From assembly GCA_964489065.1 (NCBI GenBank), contig CAZAXH010000001.1:310358-374357 (forward strand): a DNA stretch of 64,000 nucleotides, in the 5' to 3' direction. Every line of letters begins with the position of its first letter. The first letter of the stretch is position 1. Positions 28,813-37,657 of this stretch are shown piece after piece. Source of the stretch: an uncultured Planctomycetales bacterium. Its GTDB lineage: Bacteria; Omnitrophota; Gorgyraeia; Zapsychrales; JANLHA01. A model generated the notes under the pieces. It saw only the letters and a program-made list of their open reading frames with translations, ran no database searches and had not been told where the DNA came from. A program made the translations under genes and the position numbers.

Positions 28813-31800
28813 AGGGTTCCCTCCTCCTGTGTCAATGACAAAGCCAAACGCTTGACCGCTCCTAAATCCAATTTCCCGGAACCTAACAAAGGAAAATCCT
28901 CCACACGATAAAACGCGGTCCGGGCAGGGATCCACAGCTTAGGAACGTCCGAAGCGTTGAGCTCCTCCAGGACACGATCCGCATCCAACGCAGCCCGGCA
29001 CAGCACAATCAGGCGCTCGCCCTTCTTAGAATCCGGAACAGCGGTCACGACGCAAACCGGTTCCTCCGCTTTTAAAGCCATATGAATCCTCTCTTCCACT
29101 TTAATGTGGGGGACCATCTCCCCCCCTATCTTGCTAAACCGGCTCAGGCGGTCTGTGATCGTAATAAACCCGTCTTCGTCAAGCTTGGCGACGTCACCGG
29201 TCATATACCAACCATCCCGGATAACCGCGGCCGTCTTTTCCGGCTGATTCAGATATCCTCTCATGACATTCGCCCCCTTAACCAAGAGGAGCCCTTCCTC
29301 ATCCGGTCCCTTGCCCTGCCCGGTTTCCTGGTCCACGATTTTCACCGCAACCCCCGGCAAAGGCATGCCGATGGTTCCTGGTTTGTGAGCTTTTTGAACC
29401 GGGCCTTTTTCCTCATAGTCCGGCAGATTCAGGGAAACAATCGGGGACAATTCTGTGCACCCGTACCCTTCCATCGGTTCGAGGTTAAATTTTTCACGAA
29501 AAGCCTGCGCGATACTCTGTCTTAATTTTTCCGCCCCCACGACCACCAACCTCAAACTCTTAAAATCGTCTGCCTCACAGCGACGGGTATACGCGCTCAA
29601 AAACGTTGGCGTACACATCATAATCGTGGCCCGATACCGGCGGGCCAAGTCCCCGACCACTTTGGCGTCCAGAGGATTGGCGTGATAGGTGACACCCATC
29701 CCGCAAACCAGAGGAAACCAGAGGGCCGCCGTAAAGCCAAAAGAATGGAAAAACGGCAAAATGCCAAGCACGGTGTCCCGGCTGTCAACATTAAAAACCT
29801 GATAAAGCCCCTCGAGATTGCTTGTGATATTCGCGTGAGTCAGCATCACCCCTTTAGGGTCACCCGTGCTGCCGCTGGTAAACATGATTGTGGCCAAATC
29901 ATCGATCGAACGGTTTCTTCTACGGCCGAAAATCATCTGAAACGAAATCCAACGGGGATAAATAATGGACTTAAAGACCGCCAGCGCTTTATGTTTCAAC
30001 CTGATGGAAGACAGCACGTCCTCGATAAACAGCGGCTCCGCGGGGATCTCAACACCGGTCTTCTCGACAAATTTCCGTGAGGTGATAACGGTCCGCATGC
30101 CGCATTGCTGAACGATAGACCGCAACGCCTCTCCAGAGCTTGTATAATTCATGTTAACCGGGGCTTTTCTCAGCATGGACACGGCGATATTCACCAGGGC
30201 CGCCCCAACCGAAGGAGGAATCAAAATACCAACAAACTTCTCCTTTTGAAACCGGGATTTTAATCTGTCAGACAGGGAAACAGCCGCCACCAGGGCCTGG
30301 CCGTAAGACAAAACCCGTCCTCCGGAATCAGACATACAAAACTGATCCGGATGATACCGGGCTTCGCGCCAGAAGGCTTCCGGCAATGTCCAACGCTCCT
30401 CAAGCCGGTAAGGAAACGCCTCGGCCCCCAACTCTCTCACCCGATTACGCACTTCAAAGGCTGTTGTCTTGGCCGGCAACGGCTTCCCAAACGTCACCGT
30501 CAGAGGATAAGGGATAACTTTGGGAATCTTGTAATAATAACGACCTCCCTCAAAACTAAAAATACTACCCCAGATGCGGTCCAGATGCACGGGCACGATC
30601 GTGCAGTCAATGCCGCTCATGATGTATTCCAGGCCTTTATTAAACTTGAGGATATTGCCGATCCGGGTCAAACGGCCTTCCGCGAAAATGCACACCAGTT
30701 CCCCGTTTTCCACTGCTTCCCGGGCCAAACGCAAAGACTTCAATTGTTCTTTAGGCCCGTCGGCGTTTGAGATCGGGATGCTCTTAGCCAGGCGGAAAAG
30801 CGGGTTAAAAATTTTTGTCTTATAGACATCCCGGCCAATCATAAACCGAACAGGGCGCTGAATAGAAACCAGAATGACCAGAGCATCCACCAGCGAAACA
30901 TGATTGCTCACCAACAACGCCCCGCCTTGCGAAGGCACATTCTCTTTATTAACCACGCGTATCCTGTAAATCGTATGCGTAAGAAGCCAAACCACAAAAC
31001 GGACCAGGGCATAAGGAAGCAGCCGACAGATATAAACCGCGCCGCAGGCCGTCAAAAGTCCCGCGACCACAAAAATATGAGCGGCATTAAAATGAAGGAT
31101 ATCCCGAAAAACATAAATCGCCAAAGATCCCACAAGGATGGCGGAGAAAGACAAGAAATTGTTTACCGCCAAAAACTGTCCCCTCCGGTCTTTGGGGCTT
31201 TCCTGTTGAATCAGGGTGTTCAACGGGATCATGTAAAACCCGCTGGACAGCCCCAAACAAAGCAGCGTCACCGCGACGGCGACATAAGAATGGTAAACAA
31301 ACCCGAGTTTAAGGGAAAAAACAACTAGGCCGATTGCGCCTAAAGGAACCAGCCCCAGTTCCACTTTTTCATCAGAAAACTTTCCGGCGAGTATACTGCC
31401 GGCTCCAATCCCGGCGGCGAGGATGATCAAAAGGATGCTTGTCGCCAGATGATCAATCTGCATAATTTTTCTGGAATAAAGCAGGATATTCAGATGGAAC
31501 AACGAGCCCAGGAACCCAAAAAACAAAAGCCCCAGGATGGAAAGATAAATCGTGCGGTTGGTCCTGATCAATTTCAGATTAACGGAAACGTCCTTCCACA
31601 TGTTCCATTCAAATGCCCGCCGGGCCCCGGAAGCCGGCACCGGGCAAACAAAGAAGCTAGCCGCAAGGCCGATCACGGAACAGGCCATGAAAACCCAGGA
31701 GGCCTGGTACACATCCGGTTGCGTCACGTAAACAAGATATCCTCCCCCGGCCTGGCCCAAAATAATGGCGGCGTACGTCCATAATTGAATAAGCCCGTTA

Positions 31801-32222
31801 CCTTCGGAAAGCTTTTCTTCTTCCAAAATTTCAGGGAGGATCCCGTATTTAGACGGGCTGAATAAGGCGCTCTGCAACCCCATGAAAAACAGGACGGTCA
31901 GCATCAACGCAAACCCGCCATCTTTCAACGCAAAAAAGCCAAGCACCATAATGAACAGCTCTAAAGCCTTCGTCGCCACGATGACCTGTTTTTTGCTGAA
32001 ACGATCCGCCCAATACCCCGCATAAGTCGAGAACAGCAAAAAGGGCAAAACAAAAATGGCCCCGGAAAGGGACAGATATAAAGACCCGCCTTGCTGTTGA
32101 GCGAAATGGTCCACGGCAATAAAAGCGATGACAAGTTTGAAAGCATTATCATTAAACGCGCCTAAAAACTGAGTCAGGATCAAAGCATAAAAGCCCTGTT
32201 TACGATAGCCTTGTTTCATCAT
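28809..32222 (-). CDS. triple-fusion lysophospholipid transporter (LplT, MFS) / 2-acyl-glycerophosphoethanolamine acyltransferase / acyl-ACP synthetase (Aas)
   Basis: 1137 aa. Residues 1-400 form a 12-TM MFS domain. This is followed by a PlsC-type acyltransferase motif HVSLVDALVIL (Hx4D), then an AMP-binding domain (TSGSTGDPKGVMLTH, ...GYGCTE...). Confidence 0.8.
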   Translation of the reverse strand: MMKQGYRKQGFYALILTQFLGAFNDNAFKLVIAFIAVDHFAQQQGGSLYLSLSGAIFVLPFLLFSTYAGYWADRFSKKQVIVATKALELFIMVLGFFALKDGGFALMLTVLFFMGLQSALFSPSKYGILPEILEEEKLSEGNGLIQLWTYAAIILGQAGGGYLVYVTQPDVYQASWVFMACSVIGLAASFFVCPVPASGARRAFEWNMWKDVSVNLKLIRTNRTIYLSILGLLFFGFLGSLFHLNILLYSRKIMQIDHLATSILLIILAAGIGAGSILAGKFSDEKVELGLVPLGAIGLVVFSLKLGFVYHSYVAVAVTLLCLGLSSGFYMIPLNTLIQQESPKDRRGQFLAVNNFLSFSAILVGSLAIYVFRDILHFNAAHIFVVAGLLTACGAVYICRLLPYALVRFVVWLLTHTIYRIRVVNKENVPSQGGALLVSNHVSLVDALVILVSIQRPVRFMIGRDVYKTKIFNPLFRLAKSIPISNADGPKEQLKSLRLAREAVENGELVCIFAEGRLTRIGNILKFNKGLEYIMSGIDCTIVPVHLDRIWGSIFSFEGGRYYYKIPKVIPYPLTVTFGKPLPAKTTAFEVRNRVRELGAEAFPYRLEERWTLPEAFWREARYHPDQFCMSDSGGRVLSYGQALVAAVSLSDRLKSRFQKEKFVGILIPPSVGAALVNIAVSMLRKAPVNMNYTSSGEALRSIVQQCGMRTVITSRKFVEKTGVEIPAEPLFIEDVLSSIRLKHKALAVFKSIIYPRWISFQMIFGRRRNRSIDDLATIMFTSGSTGDPKGVMLTHANITSNLEGLYQVFNVDSRDTVLGILPFFHSFGFTAALWFPLVCGMGVTYHANPLDAKVVGDLARRYRATIMMCTPTFLSAYTRRCEADDFKSLRLVVVGAEKLRQSIAQAFREKFNLEPMEGYGCTELSPIVSLNLPDYEEKGPVQKAHKPGTIGMPLPGVAVKIVDQETGQGKGPDEEGLLLVKGANVMRGYLNQPEKTAAVIRDGWYMTGDVAKLDEDGFITITDRLSRFSKIGGEMVPHIKVEERIHMALKAEEPVCVVTAVPDSKKGERLIVLCRAALDADRVLEELNASDVPKLWIPARTAFYRVEDFPLLGSGKLDLGAVKRLALSLTQEEGTL

Positions 32223-32499
32223 GGCTCACACTCCCTTCCTGGATGATTTTTTATATTATAAATGGCTCATTCCCGGTTTTAAAATAAATCGTTGAATAAA
32301 ATTACGCTTTTCAAAACACATGTTTTCCCGGATAAAAGCCTCCTTTAAGAAAGTCCTTTCCTTTAAGTATTGCTTGAACGACCCTTAATCTCACTTGCTT
32401 ACAAGGAATTCCTATTAAAAGCAGGAAAGTCATGTTCAACATTTGAGTTTTCATTACAATCAATGTATCCATAAATATTTGAATGGTTAATCTTATAAA

Positions 32500-32535
32500 C
32501 AAAAAATTATCCCCGTTCCAGGGGAGTGAATCTTG
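32500..32535 (-). terminator. possible intrinsic terminator after the SET/SpoU operon
   Basis: Minus-strand CCCCUGGAACGGGGAUAAUUUUUUG forms a short GC stem followed by U6, about 30-60 nt after the SpoU stop at the edge of an AT-rich (~35% GC) intergenic island. This is weak. Confidence 0.3.
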
Positions 32536-32562
32536 ACCCACATAAAGTTTACCATTCAATAT

Positions 32563-33093
32563 TTAATCTGTCAACCTTTTAAGCCGGGCCCGCAAGTGAT
32601 AAACGACAATCCCGAAAGCCACGCCGACATTAAGAGAATTTTTTATCCCCGCCATATAAATATCAACAGCGGCATCCGCCCAGGCGATCACCTGTTCATC
32701 AATCCCCTCAATTTCATTGCCGATGACTAACGCCACCGGGCCCGAAGGCTTAAATTGATGATATTCCACGCTGCTATCCATCTGTTCCAAAAGGACAATC
32801 TGGTACCCGGATTGTTTTAACTCGCGGACCACGCTCAAGGCGTTAGGATGATATTCCCAGGGAATCCGGGATTCCGCGCCAAGCGCAATCTTACAAATCC
32901 CGGGATGAGGAGGGCAACCGGTGATTCCACACAACCATATTTTTTCTACCCCTGCGCCGTCCGCAGAACGGAATATCGACCCCACATTATACAAACTCCG
33001 GATATTCACGCAGACCACCGTCACGGGGAGCGCCACGTCACGGCTCCGGATGGTTTGGCGTTCAACAATTTCCTGATGGGAGAGCTTCCGCAC
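32563..33093 (-). CDS. SpoU/TrmH-family RNA 2'-O-methyltransferase (TrmL-like short form)
   Basis: SpoU methylase core (VALPVTVVCVNIRSLYNVGSIFRSADGAGV...VALVIGNEIEGI...NSLNVGVAFGIVVYHL). The ORF-track TTG start at 33162 overlaps the SET gene by 58 nt. A GTG at 33093 with an AAGGA SD 9 nt upstream lies 12 nt after the SET stop and is preferred. Confidence 0.7.
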   Translation of the reverse strand: MRKLSHQEIVERQTIRSRDVALPVTVVCVNIRSLYNVGSIFRSADGAGVEKIWLCGITGCPPHPGICKIALGAESRIPWEYHPNALSVVRELKQSGYQIVLLEQMDSSVEYHQFKPSGPVALVIGNEIEGIDEQVIAWADAAVDIYMAGIKNSLNVGVAFGIVVYHLRARLKRLTD

Positions 33094-33104
33094 GAATAAA
33101 ATCC

Positions 33105-33632
33105 TTAAACAGACGAGGACATCCCTTGTTCCCTTTTCTGCCGTCTCTTCAGCCGGGGCCAATATTTCTTATCCAGGATATACCCCACGCAGCCTTCGGA
33201 TCCGCAATAGCACCGGTGATCCTCATATTCATCAAAATCATACCCATAATTATAAGTAAGCTCTTCCCCTGGCTGAATATTTTTAATAGAAATAATCCAA
33301 ATATGCCCCCGGATATTCTCGGCCTCACAGTTGGGGTCGCACGCGTGATTAATGAACCGGGCCGTATTATAAGGGACATCCCCGTCCAAATCCTGTTTTT
33401 TGTTTAAATCAAAGATATAAACAGCGCCGTTTTTTTTATTCTTTTTATGCCGGCCCAGGGGAATTTCCGCCCGTTGTTGAGCTTCCGCTTTGGATATCTT
33501 TTCCCCCACATACTCAATAATTTTTGTCCCGGCTGGAATCGAAATCTTGGCGTAGACCCCCTTATTATGAATTTTTGAAGCTTTAACAATAACATAGGGA
33601 CTCGTTGTCTTTTCCGGTTGCTGACACGGCAT
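33105..33632 (-). CDS. SET-domain protein-lysine N-methyltransferase (bacterial SET with post-SET Cys cluster)
   Basis: NHACDPNCEAENIRG...ELTYNYGYDF...CYCGSEGCVGYI shows the SET signature motifs (NHxCxPN, ELxxxY) and the post-SET CxCx4C. A GGAGG SD lies upstream of the ATG. Confidence 0.75.
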   Translation of the reverse strand: MPCQQPEKTTSPYVIVKASKIHNKGVYAKISIPAGTKIIEYVGEKISKAEAQQRAEIPLGRHKKNKKNGAVYIFDLNKKQDLDGDVPYNTARFINHACDPNCEAENIRGHIWIISIKNIQPGEELTYNYGYDFDEYEDHRCYCGSEGCVGYILDKKYWPRLKRRQKREQGMSSSV

Positions 33633-33688
33633 CCTTCCTGTCCTCCATTTTAATTATTAAACCACACTTACCCGTTCCGACTCAACGG

Positions 33689-34180
33689 TCACCCATCTGC
33701 TGCGTCCTGAATAAACTGATTAATACAGGCCGAGAGACGATCCACGTTCAGCAAAGCCAACTGCAGAAGGTGCGCCTGTTCCTTATTGACTTCTCCAAAC
33801 AGACGGTCATCCAACTGTGAAAGGCTCTCGTGGATCACGGTAATGGGTGTCCGCAAATCATGAGACACCCTGGCGATGAAATCCTGTTTAAAACAGGCCG
33901 CTTCCCGCAAGTCATGCTCCTGCCGGGCGACCTGTTTTTGAAGTTGATCTAAAAGCGTTTTCAGGCGCTGGATTTCGTCTTCCAAGTTTAAAGGCCACCT
34001 TTCCGTTCTTTCTCCAACACGTCCAGCATCGTCATTGTCTGCCAGGCAAAAACTGACGATCCCGAAGGTCAAAAACAAAGCCCACCCCTTGGGCGTGGGT
34101 CCTACTTCGCCGGAAGGATCTAACGCGTTAACAGACGTGCGAATATCCCTAAAGCAGAAGGACTTATTAACCTCTCGCAT
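33689..34180 (-). pseudogene. HisKA (DHp) domain-only ORF, probable histidine-kinase remnant
   Basis: FIARVSHDLRTPITVIHESLSQL is a clear H-box, but there is no HATPase_c domain. The first ~40 codons lie inside the conserved non-coding repeat copy Y, and there is no internal Met. Confidence 0.4.
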
Positions 34181-34222
34181 TCATTCACGGGCCTGCCCGC
34201 GGCCTTCGGCGAAAGCGAATAA
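34080..34222. repeat. Copy Y of the ~150-nt palindromic element family
   Basis: Aligns with X and Z: ccttgggcgtggg / gcgaatatccctaaagcagaaggacttattaacctctcgcattcattcacgggcctgcccgcggcc / gaaagcgaataa. It overlaps the 5' part of the HisKA ORF. Confidence 0.6.
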
Positions 34223-34297
34223 ACGCAAGGGCTTTTTATTCTAATAAGCCGAAAACCCTTTGACAAGGCAAATATTTTTCTCTTCTTGCGCCGTCTT

Positions 34298-34340
34298 CCC
34301 CCAAAATGAAAGGGGAGCGGCCCCTGTGCGCCACTCCCCC
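34298..34340 (-). terminator. intrinsic terminator downstream of gapA
   Basis: Minus-strand GGGGAGUGGCGCACAGGGGCCGCUCCCC (GC-rich hairpin) is followed by UUUCAUUUUG, about 30 nt after the gapA stop. Confidence 0.55.
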
Positions 34341-34367
34341 CAAAAAACTTCCTGCCCTCATCGACGT

Positions 34368-35378
<1,011 letters not shown>

Positions 35379-35423
35379 TCATTATGTTTATAAATTAATT
35401 TGTCTTAATATTTACGCCAACTA

Positions 35424-36431
35424 TCAATCCAGGGGGTTGTGGCGTAAGGCTCCCGCCGCCACTCCTGGTTCGGTGCGCACGACATAGAAGCCGGTCCCCC
35501 ATTCAAAACCGGCCACGCGGCTCAGCTGCGGCACGATCTCGATATGCCAGTGATAACTCTGATTTTCCTGATAATTCACCGGCGGTACATGCAGATAAAA
35601 ATTATAAGACGGATCATCCAGCGTTTTCTTCATCCTCTTTAAGACCTCCCGCAAAGTAGCCGCCAGCTGGGTGCGGTCATGATCCGACAAATAGCAGAAA
35701 TCCGAAGTATGCTCCGTGGGCAGAATCCACGTTTCAAAAGGATACCTCGGCACATAAGGGCAAAAAGAAATAAACGCGTCGTTCTCTACGACAATCCGCT
35801 CCTTCTCCTGCCGTTCCTGGTCTATAATATCGCAATAAATGCACCGACCGCGGAATTTAAAATAATCCAAAGAGCCTTCGAGTTCTTCAAGGACATCGCG
35901 GGGCACAAGCGGCAGGGCGATGATCTGGCTGTGCGCATGTTCAATGGACGTTCCGGCCGACTGCCCGTAATTTTTAAAGACCATGATATACTTGAACCGC
36001 CTGTCCTTAGCCAGGCTGACGGACCGGTTTTGAGCGAGCCGTATAACGTCCACAATTTCGTTGACGGACAAATCCGCCAAATCACGGTCATGATCCGGCG
36101 TTTCGATCAGGACTTCATGCGCGCCGATGCCGTTAGAAACATCATAGAGACCATACCCCCGTTTATCCAGCTGTCCTTCGATGCGTAAAGCGGGAAATTT
36201 ATTTGAAACAACGCGAGCCGTCCAACCGGGTTGATTCGGAGCCGCCCCGGGATGACGATTCGCATCGACTTCCGGTGGCGTCAGACTCTCCCGGCCCGGG
36301 CAAAATTGACAGATGGCTTTGTGCTTGCGCTCATGGGTTTCCTGATCATAACGGTCGGCCCCCCAAGACTCCTCTTTATCCGCCACGATCGCCCAACGGC
36401 CGGTAATAGGATCTCTCCGAACTTCACTCAT
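35424..36431 (-). CDS. galactose-1-phosphate uridylyltransferase-family (GalT, HIT superfamily) nucleotidyltransferase, canonical paralog
   Basis: Zn motif CQFCPG, active-site SIEHAHSQI (HxHxQ with the nucleophilic His) and a second-half HWHIEI. The start overlaps the upstream paralog's stop by ATGA. Confidence 0.75.
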   Translation of the reverse strand: MSEVRRDPITGRWAIVADKEESWGADRYDQETHERKHKAICQFCPGRESLTPPEVDANRHPGAAPNQPGWTARVVSNKFPALRIEGQLDKRGYGLYDVSNGIGAHEVLIETPDHDRDLADLSVNEIVDVIRLAQNRSVSLAKDRRFKYIMVFKNYGQSAGTSIEHAHSQIIALPLVPRDVLEELEGSLDYFKFRGRCIYCDIIDQERQEKERIVVENDAFISFCPYVPRYPFETWILPTEHTSDFCYLSDHDRTQLAATLREVLKRMKKTLDDPSYNFYLHVPPVNYQENQSYHWHIEIVPQLSRVAGFEWGTGFYVVRTEPGVAAGALRHNPLD

Positions 36432-37450
36432 GGCAGTTCCACCTCCCGCAGAAATTCCGCGGTGTCTTCAGGGGGAATCGAGCAGATATGAAACCCCGAC
36501 CCCTTCTCAAACCCCGCCACACGCGTTAAACGCGGCATCACCTCAATATGCCAATGATAATCCTCTTCAATCGTCGGCCAACGGGCCCCCCGATCCTGGC
36601 TCCGGAAAGGAGCGGTATGAAGCACATAATTGTACGACGGGTCATCCAGGCCCACTTTGAGCCGGGTCAGAACCTCTTTTAAAATCTTCGCCAAATCCCC
36701 TTCCTTCCCGGAAACCCCCTTGACAAAATCACATTGATGTTCCTTGGGCAGCAAACATATCTCAAATGAAAAACGCGGAGCATACGGGGCGATGGCGATA
36801 AAATGCTCTGATTCCGTCACCATACGGGTTCTGTCCATGCTTTCCTGCCGGATTAAATCGCAGAACAGACACCGGTCATGATAATCAAAATATTTTTTGG
36901 CCCCGGCCATCTTTTCTTTGACCGCCAGCGGATTAACAGCTGAAGCAATGATCTGGGAGCGGGAATGTCCGATATTGCGGCTTCCGGCCGCCCAGCCATA
37001 ATTTTTATAAGCGATCACATAAAGAAAATTTCTATTCTTACTTAATTCCTGCATACGGGTTCTATAAGCCTGAAACACGGCGCTGATCTGCGCTTCGCTC
37101 AAATCGGCCATATTGGCGATATGTTCCGGCGTTTCAATGACGACTTCATGCACCCCGTAATCATTGATAACATCATAAAGCCCGTGGCCCCTGCGTTTAA
37201 ACTGCGGCGCCATTTTTAACAGCGGGGTTCCGCTGGGGGTGACCCGGACTTTCCAGGGGCTGGCCACGCGAGGGTCATCGTTGGGAATGGCGTATATTTC
37301 CGGCTCCTGGTTATGACAAAAAGGGCAGGGCGCATTATCATCGTCCATGGCCTCGCGCTGCGGGTCAATAATCGTGCCCGGACGCCTAGCCCGTTCCGTT
37401 GATATAATGACCCACCGCCCGACAACCGGATCTTTCCGTAACTCTGGCAT
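36428..37450 (-). CDS. GalT-family paralog with Arg in place of the nucleophilic histidine (HSRSQ instead of HxHxQ)
   Basis: It aligns with the downstream paralog throughout (CPFCHN Zn motif, YHWHIEV). At the catalytic position NIGHSRSQII replaces SIEHAHSQII. Confidence 0.7.
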   Translation of the reverse strand: MPELRKDPVVGRWVIISTERARRPGTIIDPQREAMDDDNAPCPFCHNQEPEIYAIPNDDPRVASPWKVRVTPSGTPLLKMAPQFKRRGHGLYDVINDYGVHEVVIETPEHIANMADLSEAQISAVFQAYRTRMQELSKNRNFLYVIAYKNYGWAAGSRNIGHSRSQIIASAVNPLAVKEKMAGAKKYFDYHDRCLFCDLIRQESMDRTRMVTESEHFIAIAPYAPRFSFEICLLPKEHQCDFVKGVSGKEGDLAKILKEVLTRLKVGLDDPSYNYVLHTAPFRSQDRGARWPTIEEDYHWHIEVMPRLTRVAGFEKGSGFHICSIPPEDTAEFLREVELP

Positions 37451-37657
37451 AATTCAAATAATCCCCTTTAAGCGATTCACAATGTCAAATCCCTGCCTGC
37501 GGCCTTCCGGCCACTGTCCCCTCCACAGGCTCCGCCCTTAAAGTCAACGAATTATATCACAAAGGGAATATCATGCAAACAAAAAATCAGGAGATCTCCC
37601 CGCCCAGATAGGATATCTTCCCCGTCTTCAGCTTATGCCCCGCGTCAGGAGACCCTT

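Noticed and set aside
33105-33162. 58-nt overlap between the SET gene and the ORF-track version of the SpoU gene
   Set aside because: It is resolved by using the GTG at 33093 with an AAGGA SD; the TTG at 33162 is an ORF-track artefact of alternative start codons.
34134-34222. Sigma-54 (-24/-12) promoter within the palindromic element (GG..GC motifs on the minus strand)
   Set aside because: The GG-to-GC spacing is 7-8 nt rather than the required 10 nt in all copies.
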